Source: Rubripirellula sp.
GTDB taxonomy: Bacteria; Planctomycetota; Planctomycetia; Pirellulales; Pirellulaceae
Reading direction: 5' to 3'
Assembly: GCA_965216875.1 (NCBI GenBank)
Contig: OZ244207.1
Location: forward strand, 4,128,001 to 4,192,000
DNA: 64,000 nucleotides
Position numbers and translations under genes: made by a program. The notes below the pieces were generated by a model. That model saw only the letters and a program-made list of their open reading frames with translations. It had not been told where the DNA came from and ran no database searches. Positions 29,502 through 40,194 of the stretch are shown piece by piece (positions within the stretch are counted from its first letter, which is position 1; every line of letters begins with the position of its first letter).

Positions 29502-29913
29502 TCACGATTCCAAACGAACGTTTTCCGAGCAATTGATCCAACAGGACGAAGGCATTTCACCCACTTCACTTCAGGAGAAAAGCATGAAACTTCAGCAAAC
29601 CCTTGATTCGCTTGACGCCAAAGCAAGATCCAGCCAGCGTTTCACCGTCATCTCGATCGCCGCCTTTGCCGTTTGTTACGTCGCGGGCGTTGTCTTCAAT
29701 GTCATCGTGCACCTGCTCGGCGACTTCGGCACAGTGGTCGCTGGGGTTTGGATGCTTTGCAGTTGGGTGACCATGATCACCGCTGCGGTCGCCCTCACGC
29801 GGCACCTGACCGTTCACCGTCCGCGACTCGAAAAGGGACGGACCGATCTGCAGATCGCAATGTTCCAGGACCTACAACGTCAACTCACGCAGTTGAGTCA
29901 GCACAAGGACTGA
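29494..29913 (+). CDS. Two-TM protein, candidate anti-sigma factor
   Basis: ATG overlaps the end of the ECF gene; cytoplasmic N-terminus followed by two TMs. Confidence 0.6.
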   Translation: MVDHDSKRTFSEQLIQQDEGISPTSLQEKSMKLQQTLDSLDAKARSSQRFTVISIAAFAVCYVAGVVFNVIVHLLGDFGTVVAGVWMLCSWVTMITAAVALTRHLTVHRPRLEKGRTDLQIAMFQDLQRQLTQLSQHKD

Positions 29914-29930
29914 ACCACATCCTCTCGTAC

Positions 29931-30010
29931 TGTAGCTACGCTCGCCAGAGCGTGGAGGCAAAGGAGACCGGTCTCCCAACACCGTCTGCCATCTGGCGAA
30001 GGTAGCTACA
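29931..30010. repeat. GTAGCTAC-family REP doublet
   Basis: TGTAGCTACGCTCGCCAGAGCGTGG...CCATCTGGCGAAGGTAGCTACA. Confidence 0.85.
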
Positions 30011-30130
30011 CTCACCCGCTCAACGTTCAGGGTCCGATTCGGCAAGCACGCGTCGCCGCATTCAACTAGAATGCGATTCCCGCCTGCCTCCCGCCTCGTT
30101 CTCTCCCCCGCCTGAACTTGAGAGTTTGTC

Positions 30131-31696
30131 ATGGATCATCGTGATCTTTGCAATCGATTCGTTTCTGTTTTTGCACGCACCATCATCCTGGTGGTTGGAA
30201 CGCTTGTTCCGGTCGTTTGCAGCGCCTACGACGATCGCCCCAACATCCTGCTGATCTTGGCCGACGATCTTGGGTATGGCGATCTCGGTTGTTACAACCC
30301 CGACTCGCAAATCCCTACGCCCCATCTCGATCGTTTGGCGAAGCAGGGCTTGAGGATGACCGATGCACACAGCCCGTGCACGGTCTGCACGCCGACACGC
30401 TATAGCTTGATGACGGGGCAAATGGCCTTTCGTGTCCCACGTGGTGGAACGGTCTTCACAGGCGCGGGCGGTCCCTCGCTGATCGCCCCCGAACGATTGA
30501 CGCTGCCGGAAATGCTTAAGACTCGCGGATATTCAACAGCGTGCTTCGGCAAGTGGCACGTGGGGATGAGCTTCTTTGATGCAAAGGGCGAGGCCATCCA
30601 CAAAGGTGGCCTCGACGCGGTTCGGCGCATCGACTACTCGCACCCAATCGTTGGCGGTCCCGTGGATCACGGCTTCGATCAGTTCTTTGGAACGGCATGC
30701 TGCCCAACCACCGATTGGCTTTACGCCTTCATCGATGGAGACCGAATCCCGACTCCACCCAAAGAAAAGCTTGATCGCCAAACCTTGCCCGATCATCCGT
30801 ATTCAAAAGACAACCGGCCAGGAATGGTTGCCGATGACTTTGATCTCGAAGAAGTCGATATGAAATTCCTCGAAAAGAGCGTTCAGTTTCTCGAAGATCA
30901 TGTCCGTCGATCTCCCAACAAACCCTTCTTCCTTTTTCATTCGACCCAAGCCGTTCACTTGCCGTCGTTTCCCGGCGATGCGTTTCAAGGCAAAACAAAG
31001 TCGGGCCCTCACGGCGATTTCATCTTTCAACTCGACCATATCGTCGGCCAATTGATGCAGACGCTCGATCGATTGGGCGTTGCCGAAGAAACACTTGTCA
31101 TCTTCACGAGCGACAACGGCCCTGAGGTTGGCACGATCTATCACATGCGACGCGATCACAAGCATGACGGCGCGCGACCGTGGCGTGGCATTAAGCGAGA
31201 CAATTGGGAAGGCGGCCATCGCGTGCCCTTCATCGCTCGATGGCCGGGGCAAATCCCACCCGGAAGCGAGTCGGCCCAGATCACGTCGCTGACCGATGTC
31301 ATGGCAACGATCGCCGAGATCGTTGACTATCCACTGCCGGAGAATTGTGCGGAAGATAGTTTCAGCATGCTCACGGCGTTTCGAGGCCGCGATGGCGGCA
31401 TGCCGATTCGGCCCTACATTCTGCAGCAAGGCTTCGGTGGTTCACGGTACCTTGCCATTCGCCGAGGCAATTGGAAGTTACTGGCTCACAAAGGCTCGGG
31501 AGGCAATCGCTACGAAAACCATCGAATGCTCAAAGAGTACTTCATCGCCGATAGCGAACCCGATGCCCCGGCCCAGCTCTACAACCTCAAAGACGATCCT
31601 GGCGAAACCCAAAACCTCTACTTCACCCACCCGGGTGTCGCCATGGAACTCGAAAAACTACTTCAGAAGACGATCAAAGCCGGACGCAGCCGATAG
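30131..31696 (+). CDS. Arylsulfatase-family Cys-type sulfatase
   Basis: PNILLILADDLGYGD, VCTPTRYS (CxPxR), GKWHVG, SDNG and EGGHRVP. Confidence 0.92.
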   Translation: MDHRDLCNRFVSVFARTIILVVGTLVPVVCSAYDDRPNILLILADDLGYGDLGCYNPDSQIPTPHLDRLAKQGLRMTDAHSPCTVCTPTRYSLMTGQMAFRVPRGGTVFTGAGGPSLIAPERLTLPEMLKTRGYSTACFGKWHVGMSFFDAKGEAIHKGGLDAVRRIDYSHPIVGGPVDHGFDQFFGTACCPTTDWLYAFIDGDRIPTPPKEKLDRQTLPDHPYSKDNRPGMVADDFDLEEVDMKFLEKSVQFLEDHVRRSPNKPFFLFHSTQAVHLPSFPGDAFQGKTKSGPHGDFIFQLDHIVGQLMQTLDRLGVAEETLVIFTSDNGPEVGTIYHMRRDHKHDGARPWRGIKRDNWEGGHRVPFIARWPGQIPPGSESAQITSLTDVMATIAEIVDYPLPENCAEDSFSMLTAFRGRDGGMPIRPYILQQGFGGSRYLAIRRGNWKLLAHKGSGGNRYENHRMLKEYFIADSEPDAPAQLYNLKDDPGETQNLYFTHPGVAMELEKLLQKTIKAGRSR

Positions 31697-31703
31697 AGCC
31701 GCC

Positions 31704-31801
31704 GTTTGTAGTACCGCCTTCAGGCGGCGCACTAAAGATTCCGGCTAAAGCTCGGTACTACAAACACGTGAAGATTTCGGCAAAACCTCGGTACTACAAA
31801 C
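31704..31801. repeat. GTAG-type REP doublet plus an extra half unit
   Basis: GTTTGTAGTACCGCC...CTCGGTACTACAAAC, then a second CTCGGTACTACAAAC abutting the stop of the next gene. Confidence 0.85.
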
Positions 31802-33705
31802 TATTGCGATGCCGCCGGCGCCGCCTCTTCAGTCTGCTCCGGCTCTTCCAAGCGGATCATGTTCCAGACTTGTGGTTCTTTTTCATCAAAGTGAATCAGA
31901 GCACTCGCCTCGTTTTCAGACAGGTTGTAGATACCTGTCTCCATGATCGGCCATTCTTTGCCAACCGGTCCCCAAGCGGCACGCTGGCTCTCTTTGTCGA
32001 TCGTTCCTTCGACCTCGAACGTTTCGTCCGTTGAGGTGTTCTGGAACGTCCCGGCGATGATGCCATCTTTCGTAATCGCCAATTGCAAGAAGAGCGTCGC
32101 GTTCTCGGCCGATTCATCTTGCGAAAGTGCGAAAACGCCAAGCGGCAACCATTCCACTTCTTCCGGAACGTCTTCGGGAACTTGCGACGCAATCTCCTGG
32201 GCCTGCAGAGCATACTCTTCGGCCGTTGCAATCACTTCGTTGTTGTAGACCACATTGTCGCCTTCGTAGTAACAGTTGTCGCCGTAGCTGATGTACGTCG
32301 GACTACTGTCCCACGCTAACCAACCGGTGATCGCGACGGGCGTTGCCCAGATCCACCAATTGCGACGATAGCGTCCCCATCCCCAACGCCACGGACGATT
32401 GTGCCAACCGTAGTGGGGCAAGTGGACCGGCGGGCGGTATCCAGGTGGACGCCAGCCTGGCGGACGTGTTCCGGGTGGACGCCAGCCCGGAGGACGTGTT
32501 CCGGGTGGACGAAGGCCGGGGTAATGTCCCGGTGGTCGAGTGCCCGGTGGGCGAGTGCCGGGAGGTCGCGTTCCAGGTGGGCGAGTGCCGGGAGGTCGTG
32601 TTCCTGGCGGCCTCGTTCCGGGTCGATCACCAGGACCGGTTCCGGGTGGGCGATTGCCAGGACGATCACCTGGGAGAGTACCAGGTCGATCGCCGGGCCC
32701 TGTGCCAGGACGGTCGCCAGGTCCTGTGCCGGGACGGTCCCCAGGTCCTGTGCCGGGTGGGCGAGTACCGGGTCGGTCGCCAGGTCCTTGGCCGGGTCGT
32801 TCGGGCAATGTGCCGGGTCGATCGCCGATGCCAGGCCGATCCCCAGGACCCGTGCCAGGTGGACGTGTACCCGGCCGATCACCAATACCGGGCCGATCAC
32901 CAATTCCGGGCCGAGTGCCTGGGCCGCTTGGCAACGTTGAAGGCCGGTCACCGATACCGGGAGCCGGTGCGGGACGAGTCGAGGGTCGGTTCTGCAAAAA
33001 GTCTCCAGCGGCTCCACCGCCAGGTCGAACACCGGTCGAAGGACGGTCGAGACCGAGGAAGTCGTTGAGCTGACCTTGCGAAGGCCCCTTGAATCCACCC
33101 GAAGGCAAGTTGGCGCCGCCACCTGGGCGTTGTCCCAATCCACCACCGGGTCGCTGGCCGAGTCCAGGCGAACCACCTGGGCGTCCAATGCTCGGGTTAC
33201 TCGGGCGACTGCCTAATCCTGGATTGCTCGGTCGCGAGATTCCTGGGTTACTTGGTCGCGAAAGGCCGGGGTTACTCGGGCGACTGATTCCGGGGCTGCC
33301 GGGTCGCGAGAGACCTGGATTGCTGGGACGTGAAATGCCAGGGTTGCTCGGACGCGAGAGACCGGGGTTACTCGGCCGCGAAATGCCTGGCTGCGATGGA
33401 CGACTGAAGCTCGGTTGCGATGGACGCGAAAAACTCGGCTGCGACGGACGGCTAAAGCTCGGCTGTGACGGTCGACTGTAGCTTGGCCGGCTCACCGAAG
33501 GACGACTCATCGACGGTGAACGCCCCATCGAAGGACGACTCATCCCACCACCGCGACTCATGCCGCCGCCACCTCGGCTGATCCCGCCGCCGCGACCGCC
33601 ACCACCACGACCGCGGGCAAAGGTTGGCTCGCAAATCCAAAGTGTGGTTGCCAAAACGCAAGCCACACCCAAACACCATTTTGTGAACATCTTCATTTCA
33701 TACAC
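31801..33705 (-). CDS. Secreted protein with a long Arg/Pro/Gly low-complexity repeat region and a C-terminal globular domain
   Basis: Signal peptide, RGG tract, SRPSQP/SRPSNPG, PGDRPG and RPPGT repeats, a Trp-rich segment, and an acidic C-terminal domain (WLPLGVFAL, FLQLAITKDG). Confidence 0.8.
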   Translation of the reverse strand: MYEMKMFTKWCLGVACVLATTLWICEPTFARGRGGGGRGGGISRGGGGMSRGGGMSRPSMGRSPSMSRPSVSRPSYSRPSQPSFSRPSQPSFSRPSQPSFSRPSQPGISRPSNPGLSRPSNPGISRPSNPGLSRPGSPGISRPSNPGLSRPSNPGISRPSNPGLGSRPSNPSIGRPGGSPGLGQRPGGGLGQRPGGGANLPSGGFKGPSQGQLNDFLGLDRPSTGVRPGGGAAGDFLQNRPSTRPAPAPGIGDRPSTLPSGPGTRPGIGDRPGIGDRPGTRPPGTGPGDRPGIGDRPGTLPERPGQGPGDRPGTRPPGTGPGDRPGTGPGDRPGTGPGDRPGTLPGDRPGNRPPGTGPGDRPGTRPPGTRPPGTRPPGTRPPGTRPPGTRPPGHYPGLRPPGTRPPGWRPPGTRPPGWRPPGYRPPVHLPHYGWHNRPWRWGWGRYRRNWWIWATPVAITGWLAWDSSPTYISYGDNCYYEGDNVVYNNEVIATAEEYALQAQEIASQVPEDVPEEVEWLPLGVFALSQDESAENATLFLQLAITKDGIIAGTFQNTSTDETFEVEGTIDKESQRAAWGPVGKEWPIMETGIYNLSENEASALIHFDEKEPQVWNMIRLEEPEQTEEAAPAASQ

Positions 33706-33728
33706 TCGTTGGCAGAGGGCGACTTCGT

Positions 33729-34667
33729 TTACTGGCGAACCACAACCACTTCGTCGAGATTGGGCAACAGGTTGCCGTCCAAGACGCGATTGATCTTTTT
33801 CCAGGTGTAGTTGCCGTCATCTTGGGGGCTAAAGATGCTCGTGAACGAACCACTCGCACCATCCGCAAGCGTCACCACCGACTGCACCACCCAATCATCA
33901 CCGTTTTGATTCCAAGTGCCTTGGACCACACCACCATTGGAATCAAACAGCCAAGAGCGAACCGTCTTTTCCTTGGCATCCCATCCGATGATTTGCAAAC
34001 CCGACGAATCGATCCCGTCTGGCGTGGACACCGAATAAGTCCGGCTCAAAAAATTCTCGTTCTCGGTGTAGCGACAAGTGATTTCGATTCGCACCCCTTC
34101 GGTGTCATCCACCCAACTTCCGACAAGCCAATCGAGGCCCTGCAAGTGATTCTGCTTGCTCTGTTCAACGACGATGTCGTCTTCGGTCACGCGATCGACC
34201 AACCACTTGCCGTCCTGTTTGACGTAGACGGCGCTATAGTTTGATTGGCTCGCGCTATCACCGCGAACCACAGTCGCCGTTCCGCGTTCAAGTGCGACAC
34301 TTGGTGAAATCAATTCGACCGATTCGGTCGCAACACTCAACTTTGGCGGGTTGTCGCCAGCAAGGATTTCGCCAAAGTCCTTTTCCATCGCCTGGCGACC
34401 GACGATGCGTTGGCCGCTGGTGCGACTGGTGTATACACCGCCTGGCGACCAAAGAGCGGCGACCGCCTTGGCGTCGGCCTTGTTAAACGCCGCGACATAG
34501 GCCTCAACGGCCGACTCGACCTCGCCAACCGCTTTCGCGATCGCAGCCGCCGTGGGATCGGCATCCGAGGCATCCGTGGTCGCCTTGGCGGCGTCTTGTG
34601 CGTACGAAATTGACGCCACGGCCATCGCCATCAGGGTCAACGAGAGGACAAGGTAGCGGTACATCAT
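33729..34667 (-). CDS. Secreted SnoaL/NTF2-like (SgcJ/EcaC, DUF4440-type) protein
   Basis: Signal peptide, YVAAFNKADAKAVAALW, YVKQDGKWLV and a second domain starting LDWLVGSW. Confidence 0.8.
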   Translation of the reverse strand: MMYRYLVLSLTLMAMAVASISYAQDAAKATTDASDADPTAAAIAKAVGEVESAVEAYVAAFNKADAKAVAALWSPGGVYTSRTSGQRIVGRQAMEKDFGEILAGDNPPKLSVATESVELISPSVALERGTATVVRGDSASQSNYSAVYVKQDGKWLVDRVTEDDIVVEQSKQNHLQGLDWLVGSWVDDTEGVRIEITCRYTENENFLSRTYSVSTPDGIDSSGLQIIGWDAKEKTVRSWLFDSNGGVVQGTWNQNGDDWVVQSVVTLADGASGSFTSIFSPQDDGNYTWKKINRVLDGNLLPNLDEVVVVRQ

Positions 34668-35007
34668 CAGGGAGGCTCCGGCTCTGAAAATTCGCTTGGA
34701 CGTTGAAAGCATGCTTCGGCGATTGACGATCGTTCCGGTGACACGTTTACGCACCGGCGTTTTGGTCGAGAAGTTCCTGGATTATAGAACCGCTCCGTTA
34801 CGAAAACACCGTCCAAGCATGCTCTTTTTTCATGGGTCGCTCTGAGAACCCGTCGCTACGCTCGCAAAAAGGAGATTGGACGACGAACCCAAAGTCCGTC
34901 GCGTCATTTTGCGAAAGAGCCCGCAGAATTCGGCGAAGTTTTCAGCGATTGAGATCAATGCCGGATTCGCGTCGGTGGCGTTTCTTGATCCGGCCTACGT
35001 ACAGATC

Positions 35008-35751
35008 TTAGAGTCCTGCCAACTCTTCGTCGCGGTGGCGCAGTGCCTCAAAGGCCTCGTCAAAATCGGTGGTGTCACAGACCACCAGCCCGTCCCGCAG
35101 AACGATTTGACGGTTAGCCACTCGAGCGACATCGGGATCATGCGTCACCAGAATCACCGTGATCTGATCCCGTTGGTTTAGCTCCATGAACAATTGGATC
35201 ATTTCGCGACTCGTACGTGAGTCGAGATTCCCCGTCGGCTCATCCCCCATCAAGATATTCGGGCAATTGACCAGCGCACGCGCCACTGCAACGCGTTGTT
35301 GCTGGCCACCACTGAGTTGCCCGGGATGATGGTCGAGCCGATCGCCGAGCCCAACGCGCTGAAGCATCTCGACCGCCCGTTGATGCCGTTTCGATGCGCT
35401 GATTCCTGACCGATACAAAAGAGGCAGCTCAACGTTTTCGATCGCCGACGTCCTGTTGAGCAGATTGAAGTTCTGGAAGACGAACCCAATCTGTTCGTTG
35501 CGAATCCGAGCCCGCTGATCGCGATTCATTTTCACGATCTCGTGCCCGTCCAATTGATACGAACCTGACGTCGGCCGATCGAGACAGCCGAGGGTGTTCA
35601 TCAAAGTCGACTTGCCGCTCCCCGATTGGCCGACCAACGCAACGAACTCTCCGCGTTGTATCGACAACGACACGCCGCGCAGCGCATCGACGCGGACTTC
35701 CTCGAGCTGGTAGGACTTGCAAACTTCGCGAACTTCGATCAGCGGCATCAA
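35008..35751 (-). CDS. ABC transporter ATP-binding protein (LolD/MacB-type)
   Basis: GQSGSGKS, GFVFQNFNLL, LSGGQQQRVAVARAL, DEPTGNLD and VTHD. Confidence 0.93.
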   Translation of the reverse strand: MMPLIEVREVCKSYQLEEVRVDALRGVSLSIQRGEFVALVGQSGSGKSTLMNTLGCLDRPTSGSYQLDGHEIVKMNRDQRARIRNEQIGFVFQNFNLLNRTSAIENVELPLLYRSGISASKRHQRAVEMLQRVGLGDRLDHHPGQLSGGQQQRVAVARALVNCPNILMGDEPTGNLDSRTSREMIQLFMELNQRDQITVILVTHDPDVARVANRQIVLRDGLVVCDTTDFDEAFEALRHRDEELAGL

Positions 35752-35757
35752 TTCTCT

Positions 35758-37134
35758 TTACAGGTACTCGCGTTTCTTGATCAATCCAGGCATCGGCACG
35801 CTGTAGGTACCGTCCTTTTTCGCTTTCAGCGGTGCTTCCGAATCGAGCGCAAGGTTCTCGATGTCCGGCGCGAACTCATGCCCGTTGTTGAGGAACTTAT
35901 CGAGCGTCCACTCTTGCCCGGTGTGAGCCGCCATGCGTCCCATCGAGGTCACGGCACTGGCCATCACACCACGTTCAACTTCATTGTACGGCAGATCCTC
36001 GCGCACAGCAGCGACGAGGTCATTCCATTCCACCTGATAGGGATTAGGTTCCTTTTCGCCAAAGGCCCAAATCAGATTCTTTTTGTCGATGTTGTGTCCG
36101 CGGTAGGTTCGACAGCGTGCCGGCGTATGCGTTGCAGTCGAGATGACCCCGATTCCCTTTGTGCCGTGAGCATAGCTGGCAAACTCTCGCTTGCAGCCCG
36201 GAATGGTGCGTCCTTCGACAAACAGCTTCGCACCATCGGCGAACGTGTATTCGATCGAGTAGGTGTCAAAGTTTTGATCAACGCAATCATCACGATAATG
36301 TCGTCCGCCACTGGCAATCGCTTTGACCGGCCAATCGTTTTTCATCCAACACGATTCATCGATGTTGTGGATGAGAAAATCGGAAACGGCACCACCGCTG
36401 AGCCACAAGAACCCATGAAAGTTCTTGATCTGAAACTGCAGCTCGCTCATGTCGGTGGTGTTCGGTTGCGTCGCCGCCGAACCGGTTGGCCCGGTCATTC
36501 GATACGCTCGCAACATGTTGATCTCGCCAATCTCTCCGCTCTGAATGCGATCGAAAAGCTCTTTTCGCGCGTGACAATGGCGACACATCAAGCCGACACC
36601 GACTTTCAAGTCCTTTTCGAGTGCGAGCTTATTTAGCTCGAGCATCCGCAACGATGTCGGGCCATCCACCGTCACTGGCTTTTCCATGAAGACGTTCAAA
36701 CCACGCTCGATCGCATACTTGTAATGCACCCAGCGAAACGCGGGCGGCGTTGCCAAGATCACGATGTCGCCTGGGCGAAGCGTGTCCATCGCGCTCTTGT
36801 AGGCATCAAAACCAATGAACTTGTGATCTTCCGAGACTTCGACCCGCGAGCCAACACCCTCGTCTTCTGACAGTGATGTGTAAGTGCCTTTCAGGTTGTT
36901 TTCGAAAACATCACCCAGCGCAACCAACTTGATCGGGCCACCGGAGACCGACAGGGCCTGCCGAGCCGCACCCGTACCACGGCCGCCACACCCCACAAGC
37001 GCTACGCGCAACGTGTTGTCTTCGGCCGCATGCACACTGGGCATCGCACTGACAAGCGTCGAGGCAGCCGCCACCGCTCCGGTACTCTTCAAAAACTGGC
37101 GTCGAGGATTCGATCGATTTGCACCGTCGGACAT
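35758..37134 (-). CDS. Tat-exported Gfo/Idh/MocA oxidoreductase
   Basis: RRQFLK Tat motif, LVGCGGRGTGA, FMEKP and IHNID. Confidence 0.9.
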   Translation of the reverse strand: MSDGANRSNPRRQFLKSTGAVAAASTLVSAMPSVHAAEDNTLRVALVGCGGRGTGAARQALSVSGGPIKLVALGDVFENNLKGTYTSLSEDEGVGSRVEVSEDHKFIGFDAYKSAMDTLRPGDIVILATPPAFRWVHYKYAIERGLNVFMEKPVTVDGPTSLRMLELNKLALEKDLKVGVGLMCRHCHARKELFDRIQSGEIGEINMLRAYRMTGPTGSAATQPNTTDMSELQFQIKNFHGFLWLSGGAVSDFLIHNIDESCWMKNDWPVKAIASGGRHYRDDCVDQNFDTYSIEYTFADGAKLFVEGRTIPGCKREFASYAHGTKGIGVISTATHTPARCRTYRGHNIDKKNLIWAFGEKEPNPYQVEWNDLVAAVREDLPYNEVERGVMASAVTSMGRMAAHTGQEWTLDKFLNNGHEFAPDIENLALDSEAPLKAKKDGTYSVPMPGLIKKREYL

Positions 37135-37247
37135 GAGTAGAAACTCCAGGGGTGGGATGATTCGGAGAGCGGGTGGGAGGTGTGCAGTTTAGTTCGCCGA
37201 GAAAGGACGTGCGCGGCAGTCCATTGCGCGACGATACTTCCGGGGCT

Positions 37248-38294
<1,047 letters not shown>

Positions 38295-38570
38295 GCGGTT
38301 TCCTAGGCAGGTTCGAGAGGCGGGAGGGAGGGCCTATTGTAATCGACATTCTTTGCTCTTGGCGTGAGCAGCGATGGCGTTAGCTGCCGATCGTAAACAG
38401 TCAATGAAAAGAGCACTGGCTCGAAAAAGGAACCACGGATAACACTGATTGCACGGATAAGAAACGTTTCAGATTGAGCGGCTTTGGCGCTGGCCGCCGG
38501 TCCTTTGAATCAGCAACGAAAGAAACGCGGAGCGAGGAAGAACGAACCAGGGGTCGGCCCCTACATCCGA

Positions 38571-38954
38571 TCAAGAACGATGAAAATGGACGTGTTGCCA
38601 TTTACCGTCCACACGATGCCAAACGCGCGTCTCTTCGGTGCACGACGTGCGACTTTGACCATCATCGCCGACACGCTGCGACAGCCGAACATAGGCAATC
38701 AGTGCTGCGTCGCCCATGATTCGCACGTGCGGGCTACTGATCGTTGTTGTCACGTTTGCGTAAGGCGACCCTTTGCCCATTTCGAAATAGTGCTTATGAA
38801 ACTCCATCCCTTGGACCAAGTGCCCCTCCGCTTCAGGTTCGATCGCGGTGAGATCGTTGGCACAGAGTTCGGTGTACGTTTCCCAATCGGCGTTTGTAAT
38901 CGCGTCGACCAGCCGCTTGGTCAACTCAACAATCTCGATTTGTTCCGCATTCAT
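38571..38954 (-). CDS. Stand-alone CaMKII association (hub) domain protein
   Basis: TAIEPEAEGHLVQG, FHKHYFE, IAYVRL and EETRVWHRVDGKWQHVHFHRS match the CaMKII hub signature. Confidence 0.9.
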   Translation of the reverse strand: MNAEQIEIVELTKRLVDAITNADWETYTELCANDLTAIEPEAEGHLVQGMEFHKHYFEMGKGSPYANVTTTISSPHVRIMGDAALIAYVRLSQRVGDDGQSRTSCTEETRVWHRVDGKWQHVHFHRS

Positions 38955-38969
38955 TTTTTTGCGTTGCCG

Positions 38970-39908
38970 TTATTTGTGGACATAACCTTGCGGCGAAAGG
39001 CGTTCGAGTTTGCCTTTCTGACGCTTCCAGAGTCCCGTTCGTCCGACGACATTTCCGATTTGAGTCAAGTAAACGCCGGGGGTTTGAGCACAGATTCGAT
39101 CTGCGTCCTCCTGACTCATTGTCATGATCAACTCAAAGTCTTCTCCGTCGCTCCACGCATGCTCCATCGGCGTGCGTCCCGAATCGGCCGACATCTGAAT
39201 CGCATCGTCGTGAATGGGGATGTCCATCATGTCCAACTCAGCCCCCACGCCGCTTGAGGCGCACAACCGATCCAGATCGAGGGACAACCCATCGCTTATA
39301 TCAATCGCGGCGTGCACGTCGACCATCGTGCGCAGGTAAAGGGCAAGGGCGACGCGCGGTTCGGGCCGAAGATGACGCCCCAGCAGACTGCCGCCAACGG
39401 CGCCCGAGACGACGATCGCATCGCCTTCCTGTGCTTCACTGCGCAGCCACGGACGACACGGCGTCCCATCAGATGCTTCAGGCACGCTGCCCAACAGCGT
39501 CACGGAAATTGCGAGAGGCCCGTCATAAGTTGTGATGTCGCCACCGGCAATCGCAATCTCGAATTCTTCGGCAGCTTCCAAAATCCCGTCGTAGACTTCG
39601 CCAGCGATGCGAGTCGCACTTTGCTTTGGCAGCGTAAGGGTCACGAGCGCCGAGGAGGGGCGACATCCCATCGCCGCAACATCGCTCAAGTTGATCGCCA
39701 TCGCTTTGTAACCAACATCGGCAAGCGAATGGGTATCGCTGTCAAAGTCCACTTTGTCAACGATTTGGTCGGTGCATGCGATGGTTTGCGCCGGTGTGCC
39801 ATTGATCACATTGGCATCGATCACTGCCGCATCGTCGCCAATTCCGAGTGCAACCTGGGGCAACTTGCGACAACGACCGCGCAGGTAGGCTAGAAAAGAT
39901 TGTTCCAC
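38970..39908 (-). CDS. thiL: Thiamine-monophosphate kinase
   Basis: GIGDDAA, GYKAMAINLSDVAAMG, GGD, DISDGL and GEDFEL. Confidence 0.92.
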   Translation of the reverse strand: MEQSFLAYLRGRCRKLPQVALGIGDDAAVIDANVINGTPAQTIACTDQIVDKVDFDSDTHSLADVGYKAMAINLSDVAAMGCRPSSALVTLTLPKQSATRIAGEVYDGILEAAEEFEIAIAGGDITTYDGPLAISVTLLGSVPEASDGTPCRPWLRSEAQEGDAIVVSGAVGGSLLGRHLRPEPRVALALYLRTMVDVHAAIDISDGLSLDLDRLCASSGVGAELDMMDIPIHDDAIQMSADSGRTPMEHAWSDGEDFELIMTMSQEDADRICAQTPGVYLTQIGNVVGRTGLWKRQKGKLERLSPQGYVHK

Positions 39909-40194
39909 GTCAGCGTTCGTTCAAAAAAGTGATTGAATTCAAGCGAGAATCGTATCGAATCTCCGCCCGATCGAAAACGGTCGACCTGATTGAATTCACC
40001 TCGGCAAAGGCCGTTGTCGGCCACACCGCCGGTGCTTTCAACTCGCTACAATGAGGATCGATGTTGCCGGGGCATCTCTGCTGCTCAATCACGCAGTACG
40101 CAGCCCCAGCAAAATTCTGCGGTCCACACGACTGCCGCGTTCATGGTCGGCAGCTCGAAACCGCGCCACCCCCCGCATTTGTTGAGGCTGAAAA

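Noticed and set aside
32316..33481. Long alternative-frame ORFs across the Pro/Gly-rich gene
   Set aside because: Shadow ORFs caused by stop-poor GC-rich repeats; the frame with a signal peptide and C-terminal domain explains the region.
35008..35751. ABC partner for the C39 peptidase (split bacteriocin PCAT)
   Set aside because: It is a LolD/MacB-type ATPase more than 7 kb away, and the C39 and precursor both carry Sec signals, so a PCAT is not needed.
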